NCBI GenBank assembly: GCA_046582655.1
Contig: JAYGDX010000259.1
Span: forward strand, 5,250-69,249
From: Candidatus Poribacteria bacterium
GTDB lineage: Bacteria > Poribacteria > WGA-4E > UBA9662
Length of the DNA stretch: 64,000 bases
Direction of reading: 5' to 3'
This document shows, one piece after another, positions 28,262-37,551 of this stretch (position 1 is the first letter of the stretch; each line of letters begins with the position of its first letter). Both the position numbers and the translations under genes were made by a program. The notes beneath the pieces are model-generated. The model ran no database searches and was not told the DNA's origin. It saw nothing but the letters and a program-made list of their open reading frames with translations.

Positions 28262-30741
28262 CTAGAATTGCACCGATATAGATGCATTAATTCTGCGTCC
28301 AAAACCATAAAATATCTTTGTTGTTTCTGCATTATGTTCTTTCCCATCAATTCCATCACTGGCATAGGCAGTATCAAGTAGGTTTAGGATATGCAGACCG
28401 AAGACTAGATTATAACTCGACAGCTCCATACTGTAACCGGCGTGTAAATCAAGCAATGAAACAGAGTCTAATTTATATGCGTCATCCCTTGTCTTGTTAT
28501 TTCTGTTTTCAGGATTAAAGGCAGCATAGTGGTTATCGAAGTATTTAAGTACGCCAGTAATCCCTAAATCCGCAATTGGAGTTAGATTAATCCTTCCAGA
28601 AACTTGCGTTTGAGGCGCGTCACCCACATGCAGCCCATCAGAATAGATTTTAACATCGTATGTGTCTTTACGTCCGTAATCATCTGTTACTGTGGCAGCG
28701 ACGTCTCCACTCCAAACCCAGCTTCCAATTAACATTGAGCCTCCTAACGAAACTAATTCATTTAGTATGAATAAGCCATCAAGCTCTATGCCGCTGTGGT
28801 TGGCATTCAGTCCTTGAATGTTGTAGATGTTTCAACCGTCATCTTTCCCTTTGCTAGTTCTTACGAGTGCTTTGTCCTGCCATACTGTATAGTAGTAATC
28901 TATATCCACGATATATTTACTTGAACGATAACCCGTACCTAATTCAAAAGCTGTGATCTTTTCATTCTTAGCTTCCGGATTAACCGTATTATTATAATTC
29001 AAGTAAACATTATGGAAGTTAGGCGCAATTGATAAACTGCCGATATTTCCGAACACATTTATCTGAGAGTTAACGTTATAGTTAGCACCAACCTTTGCAG
29101 CGTATCCAGGGAAATTGGCCGTCTCAGACATTTTCTCTTCCGGTTCGTAATTGAAAGGATCCTCCCTCTGGTATTGAGTGTTTGAAAAAGCCAACGACCT
29201 GAAGGCTGACAGCGTATCCGTCTTATATTCAGTTTGTCCAAATTCCCCAATCCATTTATTGTAGCCGGTATTGAAATAAGCGATTTTATCCCCAACTTTA
29301 GCGGCGTTACCATCTGGTACATTTTTATCACTGTAATCAACGTAGTAATCTCCACCGAGCAAGTTTTGAACCTCTCGATAGTGAATGCCAGAATAAGCTC
29401 GGGCATCAATTCCACCACTTAATGTTATTTGATTTGTCAACAAGTGATTGAGCGATGAGATAACCCCATACCAGTTATGATGGTTTACCGATGCCCGAAT
29501 GATATACTTCGAGCGTTTTTCAGACTTCGAAAACATATGTTCCATCGTCCCCATGTTTGGGATTGATGTATTTCCAATTTTTTTCTCATCATCCCCATCA
29601 TCCCACCTTAGTATAACCACGTGAGTTGAGTGGCCCCGTACCACCGCCACGGCCATTAGAACCATAGATACTGTAGATAGCTTTGCTTTATTGCCAACCT
29701 TCCAATACCAGTTCAAGTTATAAACTGGTTTGTGATAATAGTTGGTACGACTGTTGATCAACCATTTTCCACCGACCTTTTTAAGTAACTGAATATTTCC
29801 ACCAAACAACGCGCTGGAAATGAAGTCCATAGACTCACCACCATAAGATCCTTCTTTCATTAAATTTCTTGCATCATCGCCTACATATCCCCAACCACTT
29901 CCTGTGGAACCGCTATTAACTTTGCGGTCGTCTGGGCTACCGTATCTAGTATCGTAATTAAAAGATTCCCAGTCCTTGGCAGTGTGTTTATTATCTCCGT
30001 CGCGTTGCCCATGCTGCTGAGGCGCTCCAAGAAGTGTAAAATCAAATGAATGATTACCAAAGGTCTTATTGGCGGTGAAAAAGTAAGAGTACGCATCCGT
30101 CCATGTTCCATCTACATAACCATTCCCGGTTTTCTTTTGTAACAGAAATGATGTTGCGATGTCGTTATTCAATTTACCGGTGGAGTAAGACAAAGTGGTC
30201 TTCAAAAAACTTTGAGAACCAAATTCTTGTTTAAAGGTACCACCCTTTTTCATATCAGCAGCAGAGGTAAGGACGTTGATAGTTCCACCAACCGAAGCAA
30301 TAGCGAAGTTACTGGCTCCTAAACCTCGTTGCACTTGAATAGAATTAGTAACATCACTCATTCCATCCCAATTGGACCAGTAAACCCAGCCATTTTCCAT
30401 ATCGTTAACAGGGACTCCATTAATTCTGCCACGTTTCGCTGATTAAATCCGCGAACATTAACTCGGCTGTCTCCTGATCCACCATCCGACATCGAAGCGT
30501 AAACGCTAGGAGTCTCACTCAATATCATTGGTAAATCTCGCGAAGCGAGCCTGTCACTTAAATCAGATTTGCTAACATCAGAAAAAGCAACAGGAGTTTC
30601 CCTGACTGTGGCTCGATTGGCTATAACACTAATTTCTTCCAATTCTATTTCTGTAGGTTCTTCGACATTTTCTTTTTGTCCAAAAGCCGAGAATGTAGAA
30701 ATCATTGACACAAAAAAGATTAATATGGAGAGCTTTTTCAT
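28262..30741 (-). pseudogene. TonB-dependent receptor (about 810 aa) disrupted by a -1 frameshift near 30419-30425 and an in-frame TGA at 28832-28834.
   Basis: Three ORFs are collinear. 30358..30741 has the signal peptide plus plug (RVNVRGFNQRNVAE). 28832..30400 has the barrel and starts MENGWVYWSNWDGM. The join requires one extra nt within ttaatt (VAEL|NGVPVNDMENGW). The barrel ORF ends ...KGKDDG-TGA, and the same frame continues NIYNIQGLN...GSMLIGSWVW (ORF 28262..28735), ending with the typical terminal ...ISVQF. Confidence 0.75.
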
Positions 30742-31036
30742 CCTTAAAATGAGTTTCCTTACCTGATGTAGAATTTAAATGTTAGATTGATCGGTGTATT
30801 CGAATATCAAGTATAATTTGAAGTTAACGGGGGAAATACCATCTTGAAAATTAGAAGTCAAGATATTTTGTTAACTTGTTAATTTTGTTATGGATTTGTG
30901 ATTTTAAAAAATGTGAAAAACCTTAGCTGTACTTTTTTGGCTAATGATGGACTGCTAATGAAGATCCCCAAATTAAGAAGGTTAGAAACTATAAAATGTC
31001 TTTCTGTAGTAGGGGCCGCACATGTTTAAATTTAAT

Positions 31037-32467
31037 TTATTTTAGCAATTCGTAAAAATCTCGATCTCCACGAATATTGTCGAAAGCAGTATCTATCTTT
31101 AACAGTTCAGTTGCTTCATGTCCAACAAGACTTATCGCTTGCTGAAGAGAACTTATAGCTAATCCTTTTTGGTTATTTAGTGAATACATGCGCGCTAAGC
31201 TATAGTAACCTTTTCCATACTCGGGATCAATACGCATAGTTTCGTTCAAGTGATTAATGGCTTTATCGATCAGGCCTTTGTTTGCGTAAATTATTCCTAA
31301 ATTATAGTGAGCAGAGATGCTATAAGGATTAATAAGGATAGCTTCTTTTAGGTGATAAATAGCTTCGTCAATTTTCTGGTTTTGGTCATAAGCAATATCT
31401 GCTAGCATAAGGTGCGCTTTCTCATAATTCGGGTTGACGCGAATAACCTCTCGCATGTGATGAATAGCCTGGTCCGGATTTCCTTGTTTACTATAGATAG
31501 ATCCCAAATTGTAATGCGCCTGTAAAAAGTCGGGATTGATGCGAATAACCTCTCGCATATGATGAATAGCCTGATCCGGATTTCCTTGTTGTTGATGAAA
31601 AGTCCCTAAATCGTAGCGGCCATATTCATCATTAGGGTTGATACGGATAACTTCTTGGTAGACCTTGATAGCTTTATCTAACTCTCCATGTCGAGAATAA
31701 ACTAGGCCAAGGTTGACATGCGCTTCGAACAAATTGGGATTGATACCAATAGCTTGTTCATACATTTCAATGGCTTTTTCGATTCTGCCCTGTTCAGAAT
31801 AGGCAACGCCTAGATTGACGTAGGATGAGGCATCTTTGGGATTGATACGGATGACTTCTTTCAGGTGATGAATAGCCTCGGTTATCTTGGCTTGCTCTCC
31901 ATAAACTATTTCACTCAATGAACGGTGCGTTTCCTCATGGTTGGGGTTGATGCGGACAACCTCCTTTAAGTGATAAACGGCCTTTTGAATTTCACCCTTT
32001 ACCTTATAGCAATTGCCTAAACTCAGGTGCGCACGGTAGTAATCAGGGTTAATCTGTATTGCTTTTTGATACTCTTCTATTTTATCTTCGGTTTCCTCCA
32101 AAACCTGCCCTATTAAATAGTGATAAATCTCATTTCCCGGATGTTGTTTAATTTTCGCCCGATATTCATTGATAACCTGATTGGATCTTCCTTGTTCCGC
32201 CATGAGATGGATATATTCAAGATGAGCTTTTAAATGCAGTTGATCTATCCGAATGGCATTCTTAAATTCCTCTATCGCTTTCCGTGGGTTTTGCTGTTTT
32301 ATACTGGCTCCAAGCTCGTAATGATTTTTTGCTGTTTCATGTAGATTAACTTCATCTTTTTTCTCATAGGATTTGATTTTCTTATCGACACAACTAGTCG
32401 CAACTATAAGAAAACATACCGTCAATATTAGATTTGAAAGAGGAAGCCTAATGGATATATTTTTCAA
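31037..32467 (-). CDS. Tetratricopeptide-repeat lipoprotein.
   Basis: 476-aa ORF with a signal peptide and lipobox (LIVATSC). About ten 34-residue TPR units recur (AI..Y.EAIRINPN... and A..NLG..Y). The start is TTG. Confidence 0.8.
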   Translation of the reverse strand: MKNISIRLPLSNLILTVCFLIVATSCVDKKIKSYEKKDEVNLHETAKNHYELGASIKQQNPRKAIEEFKNAIRIDQLHLKAHLEYIHLMAEQGRSNQVINEYRAKIKQHPGNEIYHYLIGQVLEETEDKIEEYQKAIQINPDYYRAHLSLGNCYKVKGEIQKAVYHLKEVVRINPNHEETHRSLSEIVYGEQAKITEAIHHLKEVIRINPKDASSYVNLGVAYSEQGRIEKAIEMYEQAIGINPNLFEAHVNLGLVYSRHGELDKAIKVYQEVIRINPNDEYGRYDLGTFHQQQGNPDQAIHHMREVIRINPDFLQAHYNLGSIYSKQGNPDQAIHHMREVIRVNPNYEKAHLMLADIAYDQNQKIDEAIYHLKEAILINPYSISAHYNLGIIYANKGLIDKAINHLNETMRIDPEYGKGYYSLARMYSLNNQKGLAISSLQQAISLVGHEATELLKIDTAFDNIRGDRDFYELLK

Positions 32468-32577
32468 AATACAGCCTAACTAGTATCAGAAATTACTATT
32501 GTTTTAGATATCGAGGGACGGTGGAAAGTTTTAGTGAACAGGAACTGCAATCATCGGACAGTAAAGGGGGCTATTCT

Positions 32578-32967
32578 TCAATCTGAATCGCACACGTCGG
32601 AGTCGCACACTGCCCGGCTCAAGCGGTACCGATTCTTGGCAATAATCAAGTAAAAAATCTTACAAATCCTGTGAATTCCCGGAACAACATAGATCCACGC
32701 AATATATTGGGACCAACGCAGACGTCGATAGATTTGGTAAATGGCATCAGCCCCGCAAAATGCTTTACCCTGTTGATCAATAAATCGCATTCCTGCATGT
32801 GATTGGAATTCAATGAGTTGTGGATAGGCAATATACAGGTCGGAATCCTGGTTGGGAATATAATTGAATTGTCCCGCTTTGGCTTGGCTCCGAATTCTTT
32901 GTATGGCGTTGATGCAAAAATTGCATTGGCCATCATAGACAATTAAAGGCTTTTCTGGTTGACGCAT
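32578..32967 (-). CDS. Thiol-disulfide oxidoreductase DCC (DUF393) family protein.
   Basis: The N-terminal motif PLIVYDGQCNFCINAI is the signature of DCC-family proteins. The start is taken at the internal ATG (MRQPEK...). The C-terminus ends in an imperfect duplicated tail, VCDSDVCDSD. Confidence 0.8.
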   Translation of the reverse strand: MRQPEKPLIVYDGQCNFCINAIQRIRSQAKAGQFNYIPNQDSDLYIAYPQLIEFQSHAGMRFIDQQGKAFCGADAIYQIYRRLRWSQYIAWIYVVPGIHRICKIFYLIIAKNRYRLSRAVCDSDVCDSD

Positions 32968-33030
32968 ATTTTCCTCATTATGTTTTAGGGCCAAGGATTT
33001 AGGTGCATACTGAAATACAAGTGTTTCATA

Positions 33031-34737
33031 TCACATTTTTTCTGGTGCCGAAATTCCTAACAGTTTCAAGCCGTTCGAAATCACAATCTGTACGCATCTA
33101 ACAAGCACAAGTCGCGACTGCGTTAAATCCGGATGATCCATGTCCAACACGCGAAACTTATTATAGAATGTATGAAAGTGTGATGAAAGCTCGTACAGAT
33201 AATTGGGGACACGGTAAGGTTCACGCTCTTCCGCAGCATTCAAAATGACTCCCGGATAGCCTGCCATTTTTTTAATAATTTGTGCCTCTTCATCAACGGT
33301 CAGGAGATTAAGGTCGACTTGATTAATCGGCAGCTGATCAATGTTTCGATCTTTCATCTCACGAAAGATACTGCAACACCTTGCATGTGCGTACTGGACA
33401 TAGAAACTTGGGTTATCATTAGCACGTGTGACAGCCAGCTTGACATCGAAATCGAGGTGACTGTTGTTGGTTCGATTCAGAAAAAAATATCTGGCCACAT
33501 CAACTGCGAACTGTTCTCCTACTGTCTCCGCCAGTTCATCTATCAACTGGTTTAGGGTATAAAGATGACCTTTTCGTTTTGACATTTCAACGCGGCTTCC
33601 ATCCTGATGAACTAAATTAACCTGTTGGACAACAAGTCCTTCAAACCGGTCGGCACTATATCCAAGGGCATTGATTAGATGATCAAGATGAACGATGTGC
33701 CCTTGATGATCAGGTCCAAGGATATCAATCAGCAAATCAAAACCGCGATCGAATTTGTCACGGTGATACGCGGCATCTGGAACGAAATAGGTGAACTCGC
33801 CATCACTTTTAATGACAACACAATCCTTGTCATCACCAAATTCAGTCATTTGAAACCAGATGGCGCCCTCTGCTTCATAAAGTAGTTTCTTTTTCGTAAA
33901 GATTTCTATAATTTGTTCAGGTTTCTTAGTGTCACGAATTACCTGTTCACTTGTCCAAACATCAAATTCAACACCAAATCGTTTCAACGTTGACTTCTGT
34001 CCATCTAGTAAGCGCTGAATCCCGATGTCTTTGAACTTATCGATTCGAGCAGCTTCATCTAATTGTAAATATTGATCTCCTTCACTTTCAACTATCAATC
34101 TAGCTATATCAATCAGATACTCGCCATGATAACCATCTTCTGGGATTTTTAGTTCTTCTCCGCCTAGCAACTGACGGTAGCGAACATCAATTGACGCGCC
34201 GAGGCGTTCCACTTGCTTACCAGCATCATTAACATAGAACTCACGAATTGCATCGTAGTTAGCAACATTGAGCAAATTTACGAGTACATCCCCAACCGCT
34301 GCTGCCCGGCCACTAACAATATTGAGAGGTCCTGTGGGATTAGCACTTACGAACTCCACCAGAATTCGCTTTCTTGCACCGTCCTGCGACCGACCGTAGC
34401 CTTCACCTTGGTGAATAATGTGTTCTAATGTTTTGTAAAGACAATCTTCTGAGATGAAGAGGTTGATGAAACCTGGTCCAGCAATCTCGACTTGACGTAT
34501 CAATGGATCGTTAGCCAAATGGTTAACGATAATCCCAGCTATCTGCCTTGGCGGCATTTTCGCAGTTTTTGACAGCGACATGGCAATCGGTGTTGCGATA
34601 TCACCATGCTCCGGATTCTTTGTCGGAGAAAATACAATGTCGGGTATAATATCAAGAGAGATTTCAGCATGGTTTATTGCCTGTTGAATGGCAGCTCTTA
34701 GTACTTCGCTGACCCGCAGCCTAACTTGGTCAATCAA
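33031..34737 (-). CDS. argS: Arginine--tRNA ligase.
   Basis: The 568-aa ORF has the class-I HIGH region (ANPTGPLNIVSGR) and a KMSK-like segment (MSKRKG). The C-terminal DALR anticodon-binding region ends ...LLGISAPEKM. The start is TTG. Confidence 0.95.
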   Translation of the reverse strand: MIDQVRLRVSEVLRAAIQQAINHAEISLDIIPDIVFSPTKNPEHGDIATPIAMSLSKTAKMPPRQIAGIIVNHLANDPLIRQVEIAGPGFINLFISEDCLYKTLEHIIHQGEGYGRSQDGARKRILVEFVSANPTGPLNIVSGRAAAVGDVLVNLLNVANYDAIREFYVNDAGKQVERLGASIDVRYRQLLGGEELKIPEDGYHGEYLIDIARLIVESEGDQYLQLDEAARIDKFKDIGIQRLLDGQKSTLKRFGVEFDVWTSEQVIRDTKKPEQIIEIFTKKKLLYEAEGAIWFQMTEFGDDKDCVVIKSDGEFTYFVPDAAYHRDKFDRGFDLLIDILGPDHQGHIVHLDHLINALGYSADRFEGLVVQQVNLVHQDGSRVEMSKRKGHLYTLNQLIDELAETVGEQFAVDVARYFFLNRTNNSHLDFDVKLAVTRANDNPSFYVQYAHARCCSIFREMKDRNIDQLPINQVDLNLLTVDEEAQIIKKMAGYPGVILNAAEEREPYRVPNYLYELSSHFHTFYNKFRVLDMDHPDLTQSRLVLVRCVQIVISNGLKLLGISAPEKM

Positions 34738-35200
34738 TTTTTATCCCAAATCCATCGTCATCAAAAATAAAATCATCAAGTTCGAAGTCGTCAAGTTCGT
34801 CATATTCTTCGTCAATCTCATAGTTGACTTCTATGAGATTAGTATTGATTTCTGGTAACTCAATCTCCAATGCGTCAGACCAAAGCCGTTCTAAATCATA
34901 AGTTTTCCGTTTTTCATGCAGGAAAATATGCACCACAACATCAACGTAATCAAGAAGAATCCAGTCTCCTTTACGCTGACCTTCCCGATGCCATGGTCGC
35001 TGATCCCACCTTTCCCTAATATCTTCTACTACCTTTTCGGATATTCCTTCAACTTGCCGGTTCGAGTTCCCACTACAGATGACAAAAAAATCCGTGAATC
35101 CACCAAGCTCCCTGAGATCAAGGATTCTGGCATCTTCGGCACGCCGACTTAACGTAGCAATGGCCGCAGTTTTTGCCATCTCTAGTGCATCATTTTCCAA
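34730..35200 (-). CDS. rsfS: Ribosomal silencing factor RsfS (Iojap).
   Basis: The 156-aa ORF contains ...ILDLRELGGFTDFFVICSGNSNRQV...GDWILLDYVDVVVHIF.., the RsfS core. It has an acidic C-terminal tail. Confidence 0.9.
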   Translation of the reverse strand: MENDALEMAKTAAIATLSRRAEDARILDLRELGGFTDFFVICSGNSNRQVEGISEKVVEDIRERWDQRPWHREGQRKGDWILLDYVDVVVHIFLHEKRKTYDLERLWSDALEIELPEINTNLIEVNYEIDEEYDELDDFELDDFIFDDDGFGIKID

Positions 35201-35203
35201 TTT

Positions 35204-35791
35204 TTACTTCTCTCTTTTTTTATCTAATAAACGAAGTACAGTGTTGTAAACATCAATGGTATTCGGATGAATTAACACATTGTCTTCGATTTGTCTGATA
35301 ATTTTGTTTCGGGCTACTTCGAGCATTGCTGAATCGAGGTCAATCTCTGCGATTTTATAAACATCACCTGCAACTTGATAGTTTCGTTTCGGTTCACAAA
35401 AATCAGCGACATATAGGATCTTGTCAACTAGTGACATCCTTTTAGCACCGGTAGTATGATTTCGAATGGCATTGAGTATATCTGGATCTGTTATACCAAA
35501 ATGATCTTTTGCATATTCAGCACCAATTTTTGCATGCAACAATGCTGGATTTTCTTTCTCGATTTGGTCAAGTTTTATCTGGTATTTTTTTGAGAGTTCG
35601 ATCAATATTTTATCGTCTATCCACTTGACGCAATCGTGCAAAAGTGCGGCTAGTTCTACTTTTCGAAGATCTACTTCATATTTAGTGGCAAAATTCATCG
35701 CTGTGTCACGTACTGATAGCACATGCTCAAAACGTGTTGGTTTAAGTTTTTCTCGTAAAAATTCCTTGATCTGCTCAAGCCTTCTTTTCAT
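35204..35791 (-). CDS. yqeK: HD-domain bis(5'-nucleosyl)-tetraphosphatase YqeK.
   Basis: The 195-aa ORF has the HD motif (ALLHDCVK), and it sits in the conserved nadD-yqeK-rsfS arrangement. Confidence 0.85.
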   Translation of the reverse strand: MKRRLEQIKEFLREKLKPTRFEHVLSVRDTAMNFATKYEVDLRKVELAALLHDCVKWIDDKILIELSKKYQIKLDQIEKENPALLHAKIGAEYAKDHFGITDPDILNAIRNHTTGAKRMSLVDKILYVADFCEPKRNYQVAGDVYKIAEIDLDSAMLEVARNKIIRQIEDNVLIHPNTIDVYNTVLRLLDKKREK

Positions 35792-36029
35792 CAGTGATGC
35801 AATCGTCCTCTACCTCATCAGGTAAGAAGTCTGCTAAAGCTTCTTCATCTTTGGTCGTCAACTCCTCGCCTGTAATTGGTGAACTAATTTGGTATTCCTC
35901 ATTGAGCCACCTAGCAAGATCAATCTGCTTGCAACGTGAACTACAAAATGGAAAATATGGAGGAAATTGTTCACCTTTTTGATACACAAAATCGAACTTT
36001 TCTTCACAGATGCTACATTCTTTTTTCAT
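35775..36029 (-). CDS. yacG: DNA gyrase inhibitor YacG-like zinc-binding protein.
   Basis: The start is taken at MKKECSICEEKF..., avoiding overlap with nadD. The C4 zinc motif CSIC...PFCSSRCKQIDLARWLNEEYQI matches the YacG consensus (CP.C.....PFCS.RC..IDLG.W) and is followed by an acidic tail. Confidence 0.7.
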   Translation of the reverse strand: MKKECSICEEKFDFVYQKGEQFPPYFPFCSSRCKQIDLARWLNEEYQISSPITGEELTTKDEEALADFLPDEVEDDCITDEKKA

Positions 36030-36049
36030 CTTTTGATGGGAAATCCCTG

Positions 36050-36631
36050 TTATATGAAAAGTCTGTGTTTGGCGATATATTCTGCCACTTGTGATGGGAT
36101 GAGGTAGCGTATTGAGCGGTTTGAACAAATTCTATCCCGAATGTCAGTAGCAGAAATTTCTATCTCTGGAATTTGAAAGATCTCAACTCGGCTGATAATG
36201 TCATGCGGCACTTTTGACAATGGATAGCCAGGACGTGTAGTGGCGATAAAATGACAGATGTTTAGAATCTCATCCCAATCTTTCCAGATCTTAAATTCTA
36301 TCAATGAATCCGCGCCAATAATCCATGCTAATTCACAATCATTCCCATAAAGTTCTTGTAACTCCCTGATTGTTTGGATTGCGTATGATCGTCCTTTGCG
36401 GTCTAACTCGATCCTCAGCACATCAAAATGTGGATTATCTGCAACTGCCATTCGAGTTATTTCATAGCGATGTTCTGAATCAATAATATCATGTGCTCCT
36501 TTGTGCGGAGGACGTGCAGATGGAATAAATAATACGTGATCATAGTTGAGTTTATCACGCACCTGTTCAGCGCTAATTAAGTGTGCATTATGAATTGGGT
36601 TAAATGTCCCTCCCATAATTGCAATTTTCAT
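36050..36631 (-). CDS. nadD: Nicotinate-nucleotide adenylyltransferase.
   Basis: The 193-aa ORF starts MKIAIMGGTFNPIHNAHL (the (H/T)xGH nucleotidyltransferase motif), and its length and later ISAT motif fit NadD. Confidence 0.9.
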   Translation of the reverse strand: MKIAIMGGTFNPIHNAHLISAEQVRDKLNYDHVLFIPSARPPHKGAHDIIDSEHRYEITRMAVADNPHFDVLRIELDRKGRSYAIQTIRELQELYGNDCELAWIIGADSLIEFKIWKDWDEILNICHFIATTRPGYPLSKVPHDIISRVEIFQIPEIEISATDIRDRICSNRSIRYLIPSQVAEYIAKHRLFI

Positions 36632-36873
36632 GGAATTTCTATGTACTAGCGTACACTTTACAATGTTATTGAAACGCTAAGGGATTTTCTTAGAAATAAC
36701 AGCAAGATCAAAAAAACGTGTCTTTGAGCTGAATTGAACAACAATATTAGAATTAACTATAATTAACATTATAACCTAATTTTGGTGATTTATGCCAAAG
36801 CGAAACGTTCGATTTTGATTTTGAATTGACAACTAAAAGATGAAATTGTTAAACTAATTTCATAGGATCACCT

Positions 36874-37551
36874 ATGAAAAGCACAATTGTTCTCTTCTGC
36901 ACAATTTCTCTCCTTACTGGTTTTCTCGGTGGATGGAGGAGTCTAATTAAGGCAGGGAATAAAAGCTACAAGACTGGCAATTTTACAAAAGCCAAGAAAA
37001 TATATCAATCTGCGATTGATACCAAGCCGGATGAACCGATATCGAACTATAATTTAGGAGTAGCGCTTTATCAGAACAAGGAGTTTGATCAAGCAGAAAA
37101 ATATTTCCTGAAATCTATAAACCAGCTAACACTGGGAAAACAAAACAAAGCATACTACAATCTGGGGAACTCACAGTTTCAAATGGGTAACTTTGAGGAT
37201 GCCATTCGGTCCTACAAATCAGCTTTACGCAACAATCATGTAGATTTGGACTCCAAGCATAATCTTGAGCTCGCGCTTGAAAAATTAGCCCAACAGCAGC
37301 GAGATCAAGAATCATCAAACAACCAAGAACAAGCCAATAACGAAAATAAGGATGGCAACCAAAACCAACAGCGGCAGAATTCAAAACAGCAACAACAAAA
37401 TCAGATAGCCCCCGATGTGCAGAAGATGTCGGAAGCAGACGCAATTCGGCTGTTAGAAGCTCTGAAAAATGATGAGCATGAAATTCGTAGGCAGATTTTA
37501 CGCCGGCAAATTGCACGGCAGAAACTCCCAAGCTCTGACAAGGATTGGTAA
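36874..37551 (+). CDS. BatC-like TPR protein with a signal/anchor sequence and a Gln/Asn-rich low-complexity tail.
   Basis: 225-aa ORF with an N-terminal hydrophobic segment and two or three TPR units (YNLGVALYQNKEFDQAEKYF and YYNLGNSQFQMGNFEDAIRSY). The tail is Q/N-rich (QQRDQESSNNQEQANNENKDGNQNQQRQNSKQQQQNQ). Confidence 0.65.
   Translation: MKSTIVLFCTISLLTGFLGGWRSLIKAGNKSYKTGNFTKAKKIYQSAIDTKPDEPISNYNLGVALYQNKEFDQAEKYFLKSINQLTLGKQNKAYYNLGNSQFQMGNFEDAIRSYKSALRNNHVDLDSKHNLELALEKLAQQQRDQESSNNQEQANNENKDGNQNQQRQNSKQQQQNQIAPDVQKMSEADAIRLLEALKNDEHEIRRQILRRQIARQKLPSSDKDW

Noticed and set aside
21580-28834. Possibility that TGA is a sense codon (Trp or Gly recoding) in this organism, which would explain the two in-frame TGAs.
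   Set aside because: TGA terminates several ORFs exactly where homologous proteins end (PhyH-2 at 9559-9561, sulfatase at 24401-24403, murC at 44051-44053, gamma-CA at 39816-39818). Long intact genes show no other internal TGAs. The standard genetic code is far more likely.
33011-33046. Hairpin tgaaata-caag-tgtttca followed by a T-run on the plus strand, just beyond the argS stop.
   Set aside because: The U-tract is on the plus strand, where no upstream plus-strand gene exists. On the minus strand (argS) the hairpin is not followed by a U-run. It therefore does not look like a functional terminator for either neighbour, and it more likely overlaps the DCC-gene promoter region.
36029-36128. 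The longer yacG ORF start at 36128 (MFKPLNTLPHP...).
   Set aside because: It would overlap nadD by 78 nt. The internal Met (MKKECSICEEKF) begins exactly at the conserved zinc-ribbon and removes the overlap.
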